Numbered from the stretch's first letter, positions 20,299-29,880 are shown. The stretch is DNA of 64,000 nucleotides from Candidatus Micrarchaeota archaeon (GCA_040753215.1 JBFMEZ010000013.1:18911-82910), one strand, 5' to 3'. The notes: a model not told the origin generated them from the letters alone. Program-made: numbers and translations.

Positions 20299-21246
20299 AT
20301 GCGCATGGAGTTCTCCTTTTCCTCCAGATACCCCTTCACTTCCGAAGCAAAGCAGAAGGTGGAGCAGTCCTCCCTCGAGCTGAACGACGGGATTATGGAG
20401 AGGGCGGTGCAGAGGGTGGTCTCAGCGCTGAGGGGGGAGAAAGGGAGTGCATACAGGCTCCACCCATCAGATGAATTGCTCGAGCTGGGCTCCTATGCGG
20501 CCGCCAGGATGATGCTCGCCTATCTGCGCAACCGCTTTTTGACCGGGAGGTTCGCGGTCGCGGAGGCGAAGCGCGCCTCCTCCTTCATGCGCTCGGATTC
20601 GGAGGAGAATCTGGGAAAACTGGGAGAAGAGCTGGGGATAAGGCCCACTGAATACGAGGGAAGGATGGTGCTCCCGGTCTCCCAGTATGTTTCCTTCTCC
20701 CCGAAATCCATAGACTACCGCCTCATTTTCCGCAATGTGAAAGGCGGGTTCGTTGAGGTGAAGAGGCCCGAGGTAATCCGGCTGATGGAGGAGGCGGTGA
20801 GGATGAGGATGGAAGTGCTGAAGCCCGCCCAGAACCCTCCGAAAATAATCCAGGAATATTCCAAAAAGCTCATGGCCCTCGTCCCGAAGGAGGCGGTGAT
20901 GAAGATGAGCTTCAGGGAAGGGGACAACCCGCCCTGCATAGAAAAATTGCTGGAGCAGGTTAAGGCGCACCAGAACCTCAACCACCAGGCGAGGTGGGCG
21001 CTCGCGGTCTATCTCCTCTCGAAGAACGTTTCCATGGAGAAGGTGCATTCCATCTTCTCAAACCTTCCCGATTATGACGAGAAGAAAACGAAATACCAGC
21101 TTGAGCACATAGTGAAGAGGGGGTATTCCATGCCCGCCTGCGCGACCCTCCTGAGCTACGGGATTTGCGTGGCGGACTGCAGGATAGGGACGCCATTGAA
21201 CTGGAAGGTGAAAGATTGGAAGAGAGGGAAAGGCGGTTCATCCTGA
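20299..21246 (+). CDS. priL: DNA primase large subunit
   Basis: RYPF, RFAVAEAKR, PPCI..LL, NLNH.AR, FS..PDYDE.KT.YQL.HI, PAC.TL...G.C...C Fe-S cysteines. Confidence 0.95.
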   Translation: MRMEFSFSSRYPFTSEAKQKVEQSSLELNDGIMERAVQRVVSALRGEKGSAYRLHPSDELLELGSYAAARMMLAYLRNRFLTGRFAVAEAKRASSFMRSDSEENLGKLGEELGIRPTEYEGRMVLPVSQYVSFSPKSIDYRLIFRNVKGGFVEVKRPEVIRLMEEAVRMRMEVLKPAQNPPKIIQEYSKKLMALVPKEAVMKMSFREGDNPPCIEKLLEQVKAHQNLNHQARWALAVYLLSKNVSMEKVHSIFSNLPDYDEKKTKYQLEHIVKRGYSMPACATLLSYGICVADCRIGTPLNWKVKDWKRGKGGSS

Positions 21247-22304
21247 GGCGCTTCTCGGAATACTACCGGAAGGCGGACATAGAAGTGCCCAGCGTGGAGC
21301 AGAGGGAGTTCGGCATAGGCGGCTTTGAGAAGAAGATAGAGTCCAGGCACATGGGCTTCGAGAGCAACGCGGCCCTGCAGAACTACCTCATAAAGGACAC
21401 CCCGCTCTACATCTCCCACTCAATCGCATACTACAGGTTCCCCAAAGCAACCCCGATGGAGAACAAGGGATGGAGCGGAGGGGACCTCGTATTCGACCTG
21501 GATGTGCACGGCGGTCTTTTCCTTTCCGGGGAAGAGATTGAAAAAGTGAAAGCCGACGCCGCGCGGCTCGTGGAGGACTTCCTGCTCGCGGATTTCGGGG
21601 TGGGCAGGGGGGGCATAAGGCTGGTTTTCTCGGGCAACCGCGGCTTCCACATACACGTGCGGGACGGGCCGTACAGGATGCTTGAGGGCGATGCGAGGAG
21701 GGAGATAAGCGATTACATAGCCGGCAAGGGGCTGGATTACAGGAGCTTCTTCTCATCTCCGGAAGAGGACAGGTGGAAGATTTACGGTCCGAAGGAAGGG
21801 GACTGGGGATACAGGGGGAGGTTTTACAGGATGGCGGTGAAGGCCCTGGAGGAAAATCCGGGGGCAATCCACAGGAGGCTGCTGAAGCCGGAGGAGGCCG
21901 CGCTGCTCAGGGAGGGGATGCGCACAGGCCTCTGGAGCAAGACTAGCATAAAGGACATTGTGGAGCGGATGGAGGCCGTGGCGAAGATGCTTCCTGTCCA
22001 GTGCATAGAGGTGGATACGGGCGTGACCATAGACACGAAGCGCCTCATCCGCGTCCCCAATACGCTGCACGGCTCAACCGGGCTGGTGGCGAAGGAACTG
22101 AAATCCCCGGATGGTTTCGAACCTTACAGGGATGCAACCGCATTCGGGCAAGAGCCAATCGGAGTAGAAGCGCTTCAGCCAATTCCGGCCCAGGAGTTCC
22201 TCAATTCTACGATGGAAAAGATGGGAAAAGGGGAAAAAAGGGAAGTCCCGCTTTCCTACGGGATGTACCTGCTCCTGAAAGGGGCGGTCACTCTCTCTTC
22301 GTGA
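21216..22304 (+). CDS. priS: DNA primase small subunit
   Basis: REFG, DLVFDLD, FSGNRGFH.H, D.GVT.D.KRLIRVP.TLHG.TG. TTG start at 21216 chosen because GAAGGTGA lies just upstream. Confidence 0.95.
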   Translation: MEERERRFILRRFSEYYRKADIEVPSVEQREFGIGGFEKKIESRHMGFESNAALQNYLIKDTPLYISHSIAYYRFPKATPMENKGWSGGDLVFDLDVHGGLFLSGEEIEKVKADAARLVEDFLLADFGVGRGGIRLVFSGNRGFHIHVRDGPYRMLEGDARREISDYIAGKGLDYRSFFSSPEEDRWKIYGPKEGDWGYRGRFYRMAVKALEENPGAIHRRLLKPEEAALLREGMRTGLWSKTSIKDIVERMEAVAKMLPVQCIEVDTGVTIDTKRLIRVPNTLHGSTGLVAKELKSPDGFEPYRDATAFGQEPIGVEALQPIPAQEFLNSTMEKMGKGEKREVPLSYGMYLLLKGAVTLSS

Positions 22305-22668
22305 TGCGGGGCGGCGCTATCGGAGGCGCAAGCCGCACTATTTTCGATGCCAGCACCCCCTCCACGCTCGCCACATAATTTATGGAATTGAGTAGCCCGA
22401 GCTTGTAGTCCTGCGGGAGGTCCTTCTTCTCCTTCCACATCTTCCTCGCCTCGTCCGCGGCCTTCTTCTCCGCGCGGTCGGTCACCTCGCCGTTTATCGT
22501 TATCTTCCCTATCTCGTCCAGGTAGTCCGCGGAGAACGCATACGAAACAACGACGTCCTCGCCCTTGCCCCCGACGTCCTTTATGTCGATCTGCACCCTC
22601 AGCCCCTTCCCGGGCCCGTCCTTCTCCCTCACGGCTTCAACCTTTGTTACCCTGGAGTTCACTATCAT
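22288..22668 (-). CDS. conserved archaeal protein of unknown function (SecB-like fold suspected)
   Basis: Beta-rich N-terminus, G.I.I.G.V, C-terminal L.PPI.PPRI typical of a widespread euryarchaeal/DPANN family. Confidence 0.65.
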   Translation of the reverse strand: MIVNSRVTKVEAVREKDGPGKGLRVQIDIKDVGGKGEDVVVSYAFSADYLDEIGKITINGEVTDRAEKKAADEARKMWKEKKDLPQDYKLGLLNSINYVASVEGVLASKIVRLAPPIAPPRITKRE

Positions 22669-22672
22669 ATCC

Positions 22673-24013
22673 TCACCCGCTCTGGTTTAACTGGTTAAGG
22701 CAATTGATGTATTCCGGAGTCTCCCTCCACGAGCAGCTTCCCTGCACGCACCCGCACGTGGTCTGCGCGTAGCATGCGTATTCGGGCCGGTATTCGCACG
22801 TGGTCACAATCCCCGGCGCTTCGGAGGCAGCCACGCAGAGCTGGGAGGAGCATCCGGCCCTCGCGCAGTCCGAATCCACGGTGCAGCCCGCGCTTATGTT
22901 CAGGGCGTCGCACTGCTGCCTCAGTGCCGCATCCAGTATGCGGCCGCAGAAGCTGCTGTCCTGCAGCGAATTCGCAAACTCCAGGTAGCACGCATCCTTC
23001 ATCTCCGCGCCCACATCATTGCAGACCGATGGGTCCCCCGCGCCCAGCCCCGCATTTATCAGGCAGAAATCCTTCTCGCTTCCCGCCTCGCTGCACAGCG
23101 CCGGGTTTTCCCATATTATCGCGGCTTCGGCAATGCACCTTTCCGTCTCGTTGCCCGCCAGGCAGGCGATGTAGCTCTCCGCAACCCTGCTTATCCCGGT
23201 GTAGAAATCCACGAGCTCGCTTTCATCCACGAATGCGGACGGCTTCTGCACGTCAAGCCCGCTTCCCCAGCTCCAGTCCAGCGTCCGTGTCTCCAGCCAC
23301 ACAGGCTCGCCCATGTCTGTGAATTCCACCCTCTTTTCAAGCATATCGTAGGTAACGGGGTCTATGCACATTGAATAGTTGTATTGCCTTGAGCGCAGGA
23401 GGAGCGGGTCGTTCACATCCATCCCTATCTCATTGAGCTGCGCGACCGTGAGCCGGGAGTAATCGATGCGGTATCCCACCTCCGTGCAGGCATGCCCGCC
23501 CACCGTCTTCTCTTCAGTTCCCGCATCAAATTCCATGCCGCCGTATTGCATGAGCTTCCTGTAGCGCTCGTCCTGCGCCCTCACGGCATCATCATCGAAA
23601 AGGAGGGCCCTCAGGGAGCTCGCGTACCCGACGAACCGGGAGGTGCCGTTAACCGGCGCGCACTTCTCCTCATCCATGTATTTTATGCACACTATTGTCC
23701 CGTTCCCCTCAAAATAGCCGGACCTTTCAGATATGAGGTCCTTCTTGTACACGTAGGAGAGGTCTCCCTTCCTGGAAGCGGTCACCTCCGCCCAGTAGCC
23801 GGAGCTCTGCGCCTCCCTGTAGGAGTATGTGTAGTCGCCTGCCCCCAGCGGCTTTTCCACGGCCTCCAGGAAAAGCTCCGCGGCTTCCGCGCCTTCCCCG
23901 CCTCCTTCAGGCGGCGCGGTGCCGCCAAGCGCGCCCGCGGCGATGTAAATCCCTGCGGCCACCAGCAGGACTACGATTATGGATATTGCCGGATAGAGGA
24001 TATTCTTGTCCAG
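22673..24013 (-). CDS. secreted Cys-rich surface protein with C-terminal eight-cysteine-cluster domain
   Basis: C-terminal CTVDSDCARAGCSSQLC...TTCEYRPEYACY...CGCVQGSCSW; P..C......DFC repeats; signal peptide is complete only if initiation is at CTG 24013. Confidence 0.8.
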   Translation of the reverse strand: MDKNILYPAISIIVVLLVAAGIYIAAGALGGTAPPEGGGEGAEAAELFLEAVEKPLGAGDYTYSYREAQSSGYWAEVTASRKGDLSYVYKKDLISERSGYFEGNGTIVCIKYMDEEKCAPVNGTSRFVGYASSLRALLFDDDAVRAQDERYRKLMQYGGMEFDAGTEEKTVGGHACTEVGYRIDYSRLTVAQLNEIGMDVNDPLLLRSRQYNYSMCIDPVTYDMLEKRVEFTDMGEPVWLETRTLDWSWGSGLDVQKPSAFVDESELVDFYTGISRVAESYIACLAGNETERCIAEAAIIWENPALCSEAGSEKDFCLINAGLGAGDPSVCNDVGAEMKDACYLEFANSLQDSSFCGRILDAALRQQCDALNISAGCTVDSDCARAGCSSQLCVAASEAPGIVTTCEYRPEYACYAQTTCGCVQGSCSWRETPEYINCLNQLNQSG

Positions 24014-24017
24014 AAAA

Positions 24018-25172
24018 TCACCGTCCAGAAAGTATCTTGATTATATCAGAGTCTTTTAATACGTATTCTTTTCCCACGCGCCTTCCCGTGCGGGCGTCTA
24101 TCGCGCCTATGAATTTCTTCGCAAGGTCTGTGTGCACCCTCTCTGCAAGGCCCAGGGCGGTGCTTCCCTCTTCCATAAGGTGCACGTTCGGGAGGAGGTT
24201 CCCCTTCCTGTCCTCCCATTTGCTTTCGTCCTCCACCGGGTAGGCGGCAATCTGGCGCAGCCCCCAGAACACCAGCTCCTCCAGCGCATGCTGCACCCCC
24301 GTCCCCCCGTTGGAAGAAATGTAATCCTTAATCTTGCGCAGCGCCTCCTCCTGCTCCCTGCTCGCCTTCAGAATCCTGAAGTCCGAATCCCCGGGCCAGT
24401 ACTCTATGCTTCCCGCCTTCGCAGCTTTGCGTAGCACAAGCTCATAAAGCGCAGAGCACGGAACCACCTTCTTACCATGCAGTTCCTTCTGCAGCGCCTT
24501 CAGGTCCGCTCCGGAATCCATCTTGTTCGCGGCAACCACCATCGGCTTCTTTTCCAGCATTTTTTTCGCGAAGGAGAGCCGCTCCGCCTCGCCCCACTCA
24601 ATCCTCTCAATGGGCAAGCCCAGCTCCTTTGCAATCCTCTCCGCCTGCGGAAGCGTGACCTTCAAACCAGTGAGCACCTCCGCAAGCTCCGCAATCCCCC
24701 TTCCCTTCACTTTTTTCCAGTTCTTTTCAATTATCCCGAATATCCACTGCTCCAGCTCCAGTTGCAAAAACCGGACTTCGTCCGCGGGGTCCGCGCCCTG
24801 CGTGGGATTGCCCTCCAAATCGCTCCTGCCGCTCCCGTCCACCACCTGTATGAATCCGTCCGCGGTCCGAAGGTCGTCCAGGAATTGCAATCCCAGCCCG
24901 CGGCCCTTGTGCGCCTCAGGCACAAGCCCGGCAACGTCCAATAATTTTACGGGCACATACCGCGTCCCATTTTCACATACAGAATCCTGCGGGTTGCATT
25001 TCCTGCCCTTCTCGGAATGCGGGCATTTCTTCCGCACGTGCCCAACGCCCGTGTTCGGCTCAAGAGTGGTGAAAGGATATGGTGCTATTTTCGCATCAAC
25101 AAGGGTAAGGGAAGAGAAGAAGGTGCTCTTTCCGGAATTGGGCTTGCCCACTATGCCTATGAGAAGGGACAT
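24018..25172 (-). CDS. ychF: YchF/Obg-family ATPase (archaeal YGR210-like)
   Basis: GKPNSGKSTFF, YPFTTLEPN.G, DVAGLVP.AH.GRGLG.QFLDDLR, NKMD, TGS domain. Confidence 0.94.
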   Translation of the reverse strand: MSLLIGIVGKPNSGKSTFFSSLTLVDAKIAPYPFTTLEPNTGVGHVRKKCPHSEKGRKCNPQDSVCENGTRYVPVKLLDVAGLVPEAHKGRGLGLQFLDDLRTADGFIQVVDGSGRSDLEGNPTQGADPADEVRFLQLELEQWIFGIIEKNWKKVKGRGIAELAEVLTGLKVTLPQAERIAKELGLPIERIEWGEAERLSFAKKMLEKKPMVVAANKMDSGADLKALQKELHGKKVVPCSALYELVLRKAAKAGSIEYWPGDSDFRILKASREQEEALRKIKDYISSNGGTGVQHALEELVFWGLRQIAAYPVEDESKWEDRKGNLLPNVHLMEEGSTALGLAERVHTDLAKKFIGAIDARTGRRVGKEYVLKDSDIIKILSGR

Positions 25173-25196
25173 GAGCAGGATTTGGATGGAAAAGCT

Positions 25197-26096
25197 TTAA
25201 TTAGGCGAATCCGCACTTTCACAGCCTTTCTTCTCTTCAAGCCCGACTATCCCGGCGATCGCTTCCAGCAACCTGTCCGAATCGCTCCCCGCACTGCGCA
25301 GCCTGGCAAGCGAATCAGCCTCCGTAAATCTCCTTATGAGCGCGGAGGCGATCTGCCCATCGCTCTCATCCCTCACAGCCAGCCCAAGGTAGTGGTCAAG
25401 GGAAACAACCGCCTGCGGGCAGCATCCGGCGAGCACCCTGCACGCATCCACATACTCGCTTAGCAGCGCAAGCCTCTCACAGTGCTCTGCGAAGCTTGTC
25501 CCGCCAATCCTGAAAACCCCATGGAAGAATGAATTCGGTCCCCACCCGTCATTCGCCGCCCTTGCAAGCACCCTTGCGGTATGCGCCACATCCCTGCGCC
25601 TGCCCAGCTCCGCGCCCATTATCACATCCGCGAACCCGAACTCCTCCATGGCGCACACCCTCATGAACTCGAATCCGGAAAGCATGCTGCCGTCCCTGAA
25701 TCCCTGCACATGCCAGGGATTTCTTGCGATCCTGCGGGCCGTTTCGCTAGCGTGGAAGAATGCATCCTCGCTGCGGGTGTTTACCAGGATGCAGACCACG
25801 AATGATGCGACCCTGTGCGGCTCCATCCCGGCAAAGCCGCCGAGAAGCCGGCGCACCTCCCTCTCCGCCCTCGCCTCCGCATCCATCGCCTGGAAGAGTA
25901 GCTTACCCATCCCCTCGCCGAGCCTTCCCCTTTCCGCGAATATCTCCACGGGAAGGGCCGGATGGAATTCGGCGCGCATCGCCTTTTCCACAAGCGGGTC
26001 CCTGCTGCCGAACATCTCCCTTGCGATTGCCACGAGCGCCTGCTTCAGGTGGCCGGGGCCCAGGTGTTCGTGGAATGCGGGGTTTCTTGTGGTCAT
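25197..26096 (-). CDS. hypothetical protein (299 aa)
   Basis: Long ORF filling the space between ychF and the 5S rRNA; no recognisable motif. Confidence 0.65.
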   Translation of the reverse strand: MTTRNPAFHEHLGPGHLKQALVAIAREMFGSRDPLVEKAMRAEFHPALPVEIFAERGRLGEGMGKLLFQAMDAEARAEREVRRLLGGFAGMEPHRVASFVVCILVNTRSEDAFFHASETARRIARNPWHVQGFRDGSMLSGFEFMRVCAMEEFGFADVIMGAELGRRRDVAHTARVLARAANDGWGPNSFFHGVFRIGGTSFAEHCERLALLSEYVDACRVLAGCCPQAVVSLDHYLGLAVRDESDGQIASALIRRFTEADSLARLRSAGSDSDRLLEAIAGIVGLEEKKGCESADSPN

Positions 26097-26122
26097 AGTA
26101 GATTACTAATGTATGAGTATAT

Positions 26123-26130
26123 TTTATAAA
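26123..26130 (+). promoter_or_regulatory. archaeal TATA box of the 5S rRNA gene
   Basis: TTTATAAA about 24-31 nt upstream of the 5S 5' end. Confidence 0.7.
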
Positions 26131-26153
26131 CCCTTTTCAGCTATCAATAATTT

Positions 26154-26267
<114 letters not shown>

Positions 26268-26507
26268 TCCTTTTTACACCGTAAAGCTCGCCATAGCTCG
26301 CTTTACTCTGCCGTTGGGTTGCCCTCGCTCACTCCTCGTTCGCTCGGGCGCAAAAAGGAGACCAAAAACCTCCAACCATGTGATTTCACTACTTAGTCAG
26401 TTGTGGCTTACATGGATGGGACTATAGACCGATGTTTGCGAACCGGTGAACAAAAACCTCAAACCGTCCGCCGACACATTTATAATTTTCTCTCTATAAA
26501 TCTGCGC

Positions 26508-27302
26508 ATGGCACTTGAAGAATTGTTCGGGGTGTGCATAATCCCGGTTCTGGTTTTGGCGGGCATTGTTCTTTTGATTTCGGTGAGGATAATATTTGAA
26601 TACCAGAGGGGAATCCTCTTCAGGCTGGGGAAGTTCAGCGGGGTTGTGGAGCCCGGCCTTCGAATTATATTCCCAATCATAGACACCCTCCGCGTGGTGG
26701 ACGTCCGCATAAAGACCGTGGACATCCCGAAGCAGGAAGTGATGACCAGGGACAACGTGCCGGTGAGCGTCAATGCGGTGGTTTATTTCCGCATAGAGAG
26801 CCCGGAGAAGGCTGTGCTGCAGATAGAGGACTTCACCTATGCGGTTGCGCAGTACGGGCAGACCGCGCTCAGGGACGTAATAGGCAACAAAGAGCTGGAC
26901 TTCGTGCTCACGGAAAGGGACAGGATTGCAGATGAGATAAAGGCAATAGTGGACAAGGAAACCGGGAACTGGGGAGTGGACATAACAGCAATCAAGATAC
27001 AGGATATCGAGCTTCCGGCGGACATGAAGAGGGCAATGGCCAGGCAGGCGGAGGCCGAGAGGGAGCGGAGGGCGACGATAATCATGAGCGAGGGGGAGAA
27101 GGTCGCGGCAGATAACCTCTCCGAGGCGGCCAGGAAGCTTGGCGCGGCGCCCGGCGCGCTCCACCTGCGCACCCTCCAGACTGTTTCCGATGTATCTGCG
27201 GACCAGAGCAATACCATTGTGGTGGCGCTTCCCATAGAAGTTCTGGAAGCGATAAAGGGCTTCGCCCTGAAGAAGGCCCCTAAAGAGGAGAAGAAGGCAT
27301 AA
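26508..27302 (+). CDS. SPFH/band-7 (stomatin-like) membrane protein
   Basis: EYQRG..FRLG, PGL....P.ID, T.DNV.V.V.AV, QTALR..IG, M.RAMA.QAEAERERRA, LRTLQT. Confidence 0.96.
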   Translation: MALEELFGVCIIPVLVLAGIVLLISVRIIFEYQRGILFRLGKFSGVVEPGLRIIFPIIDTLRVVDVRIKTVDIPKQEVMTRDNVPVSVNAVVYFRIESPEKAVLQIEDFTYAVAQYGQTALRDVIGNKELDFVLTERDRIADEIKAIVDKETGNWGVDITAIKIQDIELPADMKRAMARQAEAERERRATIIMSEGEKVAADNLSEAARKLGAAPGALHLRTLQTVSDVSADQSNTIVVALPIEVLEAIKGFALKKAPKEEKKA

Positions 27303-27303
27303 G

Positions 27304-28167
27304 CTACCTAATTTCTCTTGCCATCTTCCAGTAATGGTAGTTTATCGGAAGCGTGATAGTGAGCTTTATGCTTATGTATGCAACCAGGACTGCAAACAGA
27401 TAAACGGTTCCGGCTGCAATCAGCACGATATTCAGTGCCGCATTGCCTGCCGCAAGCGCAATCCATATGCCTGCAAGGAGCGGCACAAGGATTAGTATCG
27501 CTGCGGGAATGAGCAGAACCAACTGCACTATTGTTGAGAATATCCCCCCGATTATGTGGAAGAGGAATGTCTCCAGCAGGGTTCTTTTCACTATCCCGGC
27601 GGAGTTTTCTATGCTCCGTACCACTGCTGCCCTTGCAACCACAAGCTCGAAAAGCGCAAACTGCAGGACAAATCCGATAACGAACAAAGCCGCGTAATAG
27701 TAGAACTGGGAAGCGAGGCTGAGCGCTATGGAGGCCAAGACATTTCCGCTTGTCTCCCCAAGGACCCTTGCAACCAACGAAGGGAGAAAGACAAAAATCC
27801 CGATTATAAGCCAGAGGATTGTTGTATATGCTGCAACCGGAAGGAGGTTTTTTCCGAAATCGCCCAGCACTTCGTGCCTTGCCCCGGAAATCTCTTCATC
27901 GATAATATTGTAGGACACGCTTGATGCGGCGGCTGAAACCAGCACGAACACCAGCATCGCAAAGGCTCCGGCAGCAACGGCTGCGATGGGTTCCCCTGCC
28001 CCGGCTCCCGCGGTTATGACAAGGAATCCTGCGATTACGGAAACCGCAACAAAAGCGAATGCAAGCGCATTCACCTTCAGGAATTCCCTTAAGATTCCTT
28101 TCCAGTGCGCTCCGGTGAGAGAGAATCCCCTCCTGAATGCTTCTGTTATCATGTTCAGGTTCGCCAT
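27304..28167 (-). CDS. multi-pass membrane protein
   Basis: Five to six TM helices; SI..S..IVK motif typical of DUF7544/glycerophosphodiesterase-membrane-like proteins. Confidence 0.75.
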   Translation of the reverse strand: MANLNMITEAFRRGFSLTGAHWKGILREFLKVNALAFAFVAVSVIAGFLVITAGAGAGEPIAAVAAGAFAMLVFVLVSAAASSVSYNIIDEEISGARHEVLGDFGKNLLPVAAYTTILWLIIGIFVFLPSLVARVLGETSGNVLASIALSLASQFYYYAALFVIGFVLQFALFELVVARAAVVRSIENSAGIVKRTLLETFLFHIIGGIFSTIVQLVLLIPAAILILVPLLAGIWIALAAGNAALNIVLIAAGTVYLFAVLVAYISIKLTITLPINYHYWKMAREIR

Positions 28168-28218
28168 AGGCCCGTTTCCGAATTTCCAATTAAAAATCTA
28201 TACGCACAATCTTTTCCC

Positions 28219-29088
28219 ATGCACATCCTTTTCTCCTCCAAAAACCCTGCAAGCAACAATATTGCGCAGAGGCTCATGGAGATGGGCTTCAGCGAAGTTT
28301 CCGGTTCTCCGTATCCAGCTTCCAGAACGGGAAACTCAAACCGTGAAGCCCTGGGAAACCAGGGAAACGAAAGGGCGGCTTCACGGTTTGACAGGGAACA
28401 GGAAACCGGATACTGGGCTTGGAAAGGCCACAGGATGCTGGACACAAAGGTCGGGCTTATCCTTGATGTGCCCACGGATTGGGATGCGGATTGGCTTTTG
28501 GTGCTCTCCACGCACAGAAGCGAGAAGAAATTCCCCGCATTTACTGTGCACATTCCGGGCAACTGGGACAAGGCGGAGATGGGAGGCGAGCCCCGCACCC
28601 TCAACATTGCGTATGCGAGCAGGATGAAGGATTTGCTTCTTGCGCTTAGGGAGAAGAATACTCTGGGGTGGAATGTGAACCAAGAGGTCGACCATCATGG
28701 CCCCACCTGTAAACTTCCGATAATATTCATAGAAATAGGGAGTTCGGAGGAGGAATGGGTGAACCCTAAGGCGGCGGAAATAGTTGCGGAAGCGGTGATA
28801 GATTCCATAAATGAGAAGAAGCTCTATCCATCCTATGTTGGAGCGGGAGGGGGGCATTATGCGCCCTTCTTCACGAAATTGATGCTGGAATCCGAGGATG
28901 CGTTCGGGCACATAATTCCAAAATACCAGGCGGCGAACATCGGTGCGGATACGCTGAAGCAAGCGAAGGAGAAGAATGTGGAGAGGGTGGATACGCTGGT
29001 TTATGAAAACAAATCCTTCAGGGCAGGCGAGCGGGACAGGTTGTTTTCGATAGCGAAAGAGATTGGGCTGGAAGTTGAGATTCGCTAG
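28219..29088 (+). CDS. dtdA: archaeal D-aminoacyl-tRNA deacylase carrying an in-frame repeat insertion
   Basis: S..NPAS.NI, LSTHRS...P.FTVH.PGN, EVDHHGPT, F.EIGS.EEEW, GGGHYAP.F, GHI.PKY. Confidence 0.93.
   Translation: MHILFSSKNPASNNIAQRLMEMGFSEVSGSPYPASRTGNSNREALGNQGNERAASRFDREQETGYWAWKGHRMLDTKVGLILDVPTDWDADWLLVLSTHRSEKKFPAFTVHIPGNWDKAEMGGEPRTLNIAYASRMKDLLLALREKNTLGWNVNQEVDHHGPTCKLPIIFIEIGSSEEEWVNPKAAEIVAEAVIDSINEKKLYPSYVGAGGGHYAPFFTKLMLESEDAFGHIIPKYQAANIGADTLKQAKEKNVERVDTLVYENKSFRAGERDRLFSIAKEIGLEVEIR
28336..28391. repeat. palindromic element, subfamily A copy 1 (intragenic, in frame)
   Basis: TCAAACCGTGAAGCC-26 nt-GGCTTCACGGTTTGA, perfect 15-bp inverted repeat. Confidence 0.9.
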
Positions 29089-29642
29089 CCGAGTCCTGCC
29101 TTTATCTTTTCCAGAAGCATTTCGAATTTCGTATAGCCTGCCTTTTCGTTGAAATGCCCCGCGCTCTTTACAAGAATGATTTCCGTGCCCAGGTTCTTCG
29201 CCAGCTCTTCCGCCTTTTCCAGGGGAACGTATGGGTCGTTATCAGAGTGGAAAACATAGAACTTTTTGCAGTTGTCCCTTATCGCCTTCCAATCGAACTT
29301 TTTTTCAACGAATGTGGTCATTATCTCAGCAAACTCATTTTCGGGAAGAGAACAAAATCCAGCAACAAAGAATGCGGCTTTTGCAGGCTTTCTCTCCAGC
29401 ACGCTGAGCAGGAACGGAACCCCCAGACTATGCCCCACAACTATGGAATTCCCATCGATGTATTTCTCATAGTCCTGAAAAACCTTCAGCCATCTTTCCA
29501 GCGTCTGGTTTTCCGGCGTGGGAAATTTCGGAACAAATACTCTGCAGCCCAGCTTTTCAAGTTCGGATTTCAGCCACGGAAACCAGTTCTCACCCGGGTA
29601 GCCGTAAGCCCCGTGGATTATGAATATGTTGCTCTTTGCCAT
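29085..29642 (-). CDS. YdeN/RBBP9-family alpha/beta hydrolase
   Basis: IHGAYG....NWFPWL, GHSLG, HSDNDPYVP, AGHFN. Confidence 0.93.
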   Translation of the reverse strand: MAKSNIFIIHGAYGYPGENWFPWLKSELEKLGCRVFVPKFPTPENQTLERWLKVFQDYEKYIDGNSIVVGHSLGVPFLLSVLERKPAKAAFFVAGFCSLPENEFAEIMTTFVEKKFDWKAIRDNCKKFYVFHSDNDPYVPLEKAEELAKNLGTEIILVKSAGHFNEKAGYTKFEMLLEKIKAGLG

Positions 29643-29695
29643 CGGCTGGTGTTTGCACCCAACCTATAAAAACCAGCATCCCGGGAACCGGAAAC

Positions 29696-29752
29696 TCAAA
29701 CCGTGAAGCCCTGAGAAAAAGAGGGAAACGAATGGGCGGCTTCACGGTTTAA
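29696..29752. repeat. palindromic element, subfamily A copy 2 (intergenic)
   Basis: TCAAACCGTGAAGCC...GGCTTCACGGTTTAA flanked by GGGAACCGGAAAC and CCGAAAACTGAAA. Confidence 0.9.
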
Positions 29753-29766
29753 CCGAAAACTGAAAA

Positions 29767-29872
29767 TAGCCCCGACCGGATTCGAACCGGTGTCCGAAGG
29801 TCCAGAGCCTTCTTTCAGGACCGGGGTGGCTCGCGCCGCCCGGGTTATCCTTGACCACTAGACGACGGGGCT
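29767..29872 (-). tRNA. tRNA-Gln(CTG) with a 33-nt intron at about position 25/26
   Basis: AGCCCCG/CGGGGCT acceptor stem, GAAGG-CTCTGGA-CCTTC anticodon arm, ACCGG-TTCGAAT-CCGGT T-arm; 106 nt = 73 + 33. Confidence 0.92.
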
Positions 29873-29880
29873 AGCGTTAC

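Noticed and set aside
28336-28391. Palindrome A loop (CTG..GAA...GAAAC) as a hammerhead ribozyme
   Set aside because: The core needs CUGANGA. The copies read CTGGGAA, CTGAGAA and CACGGGA, and no third stem with a cleavage triplet is conserved.
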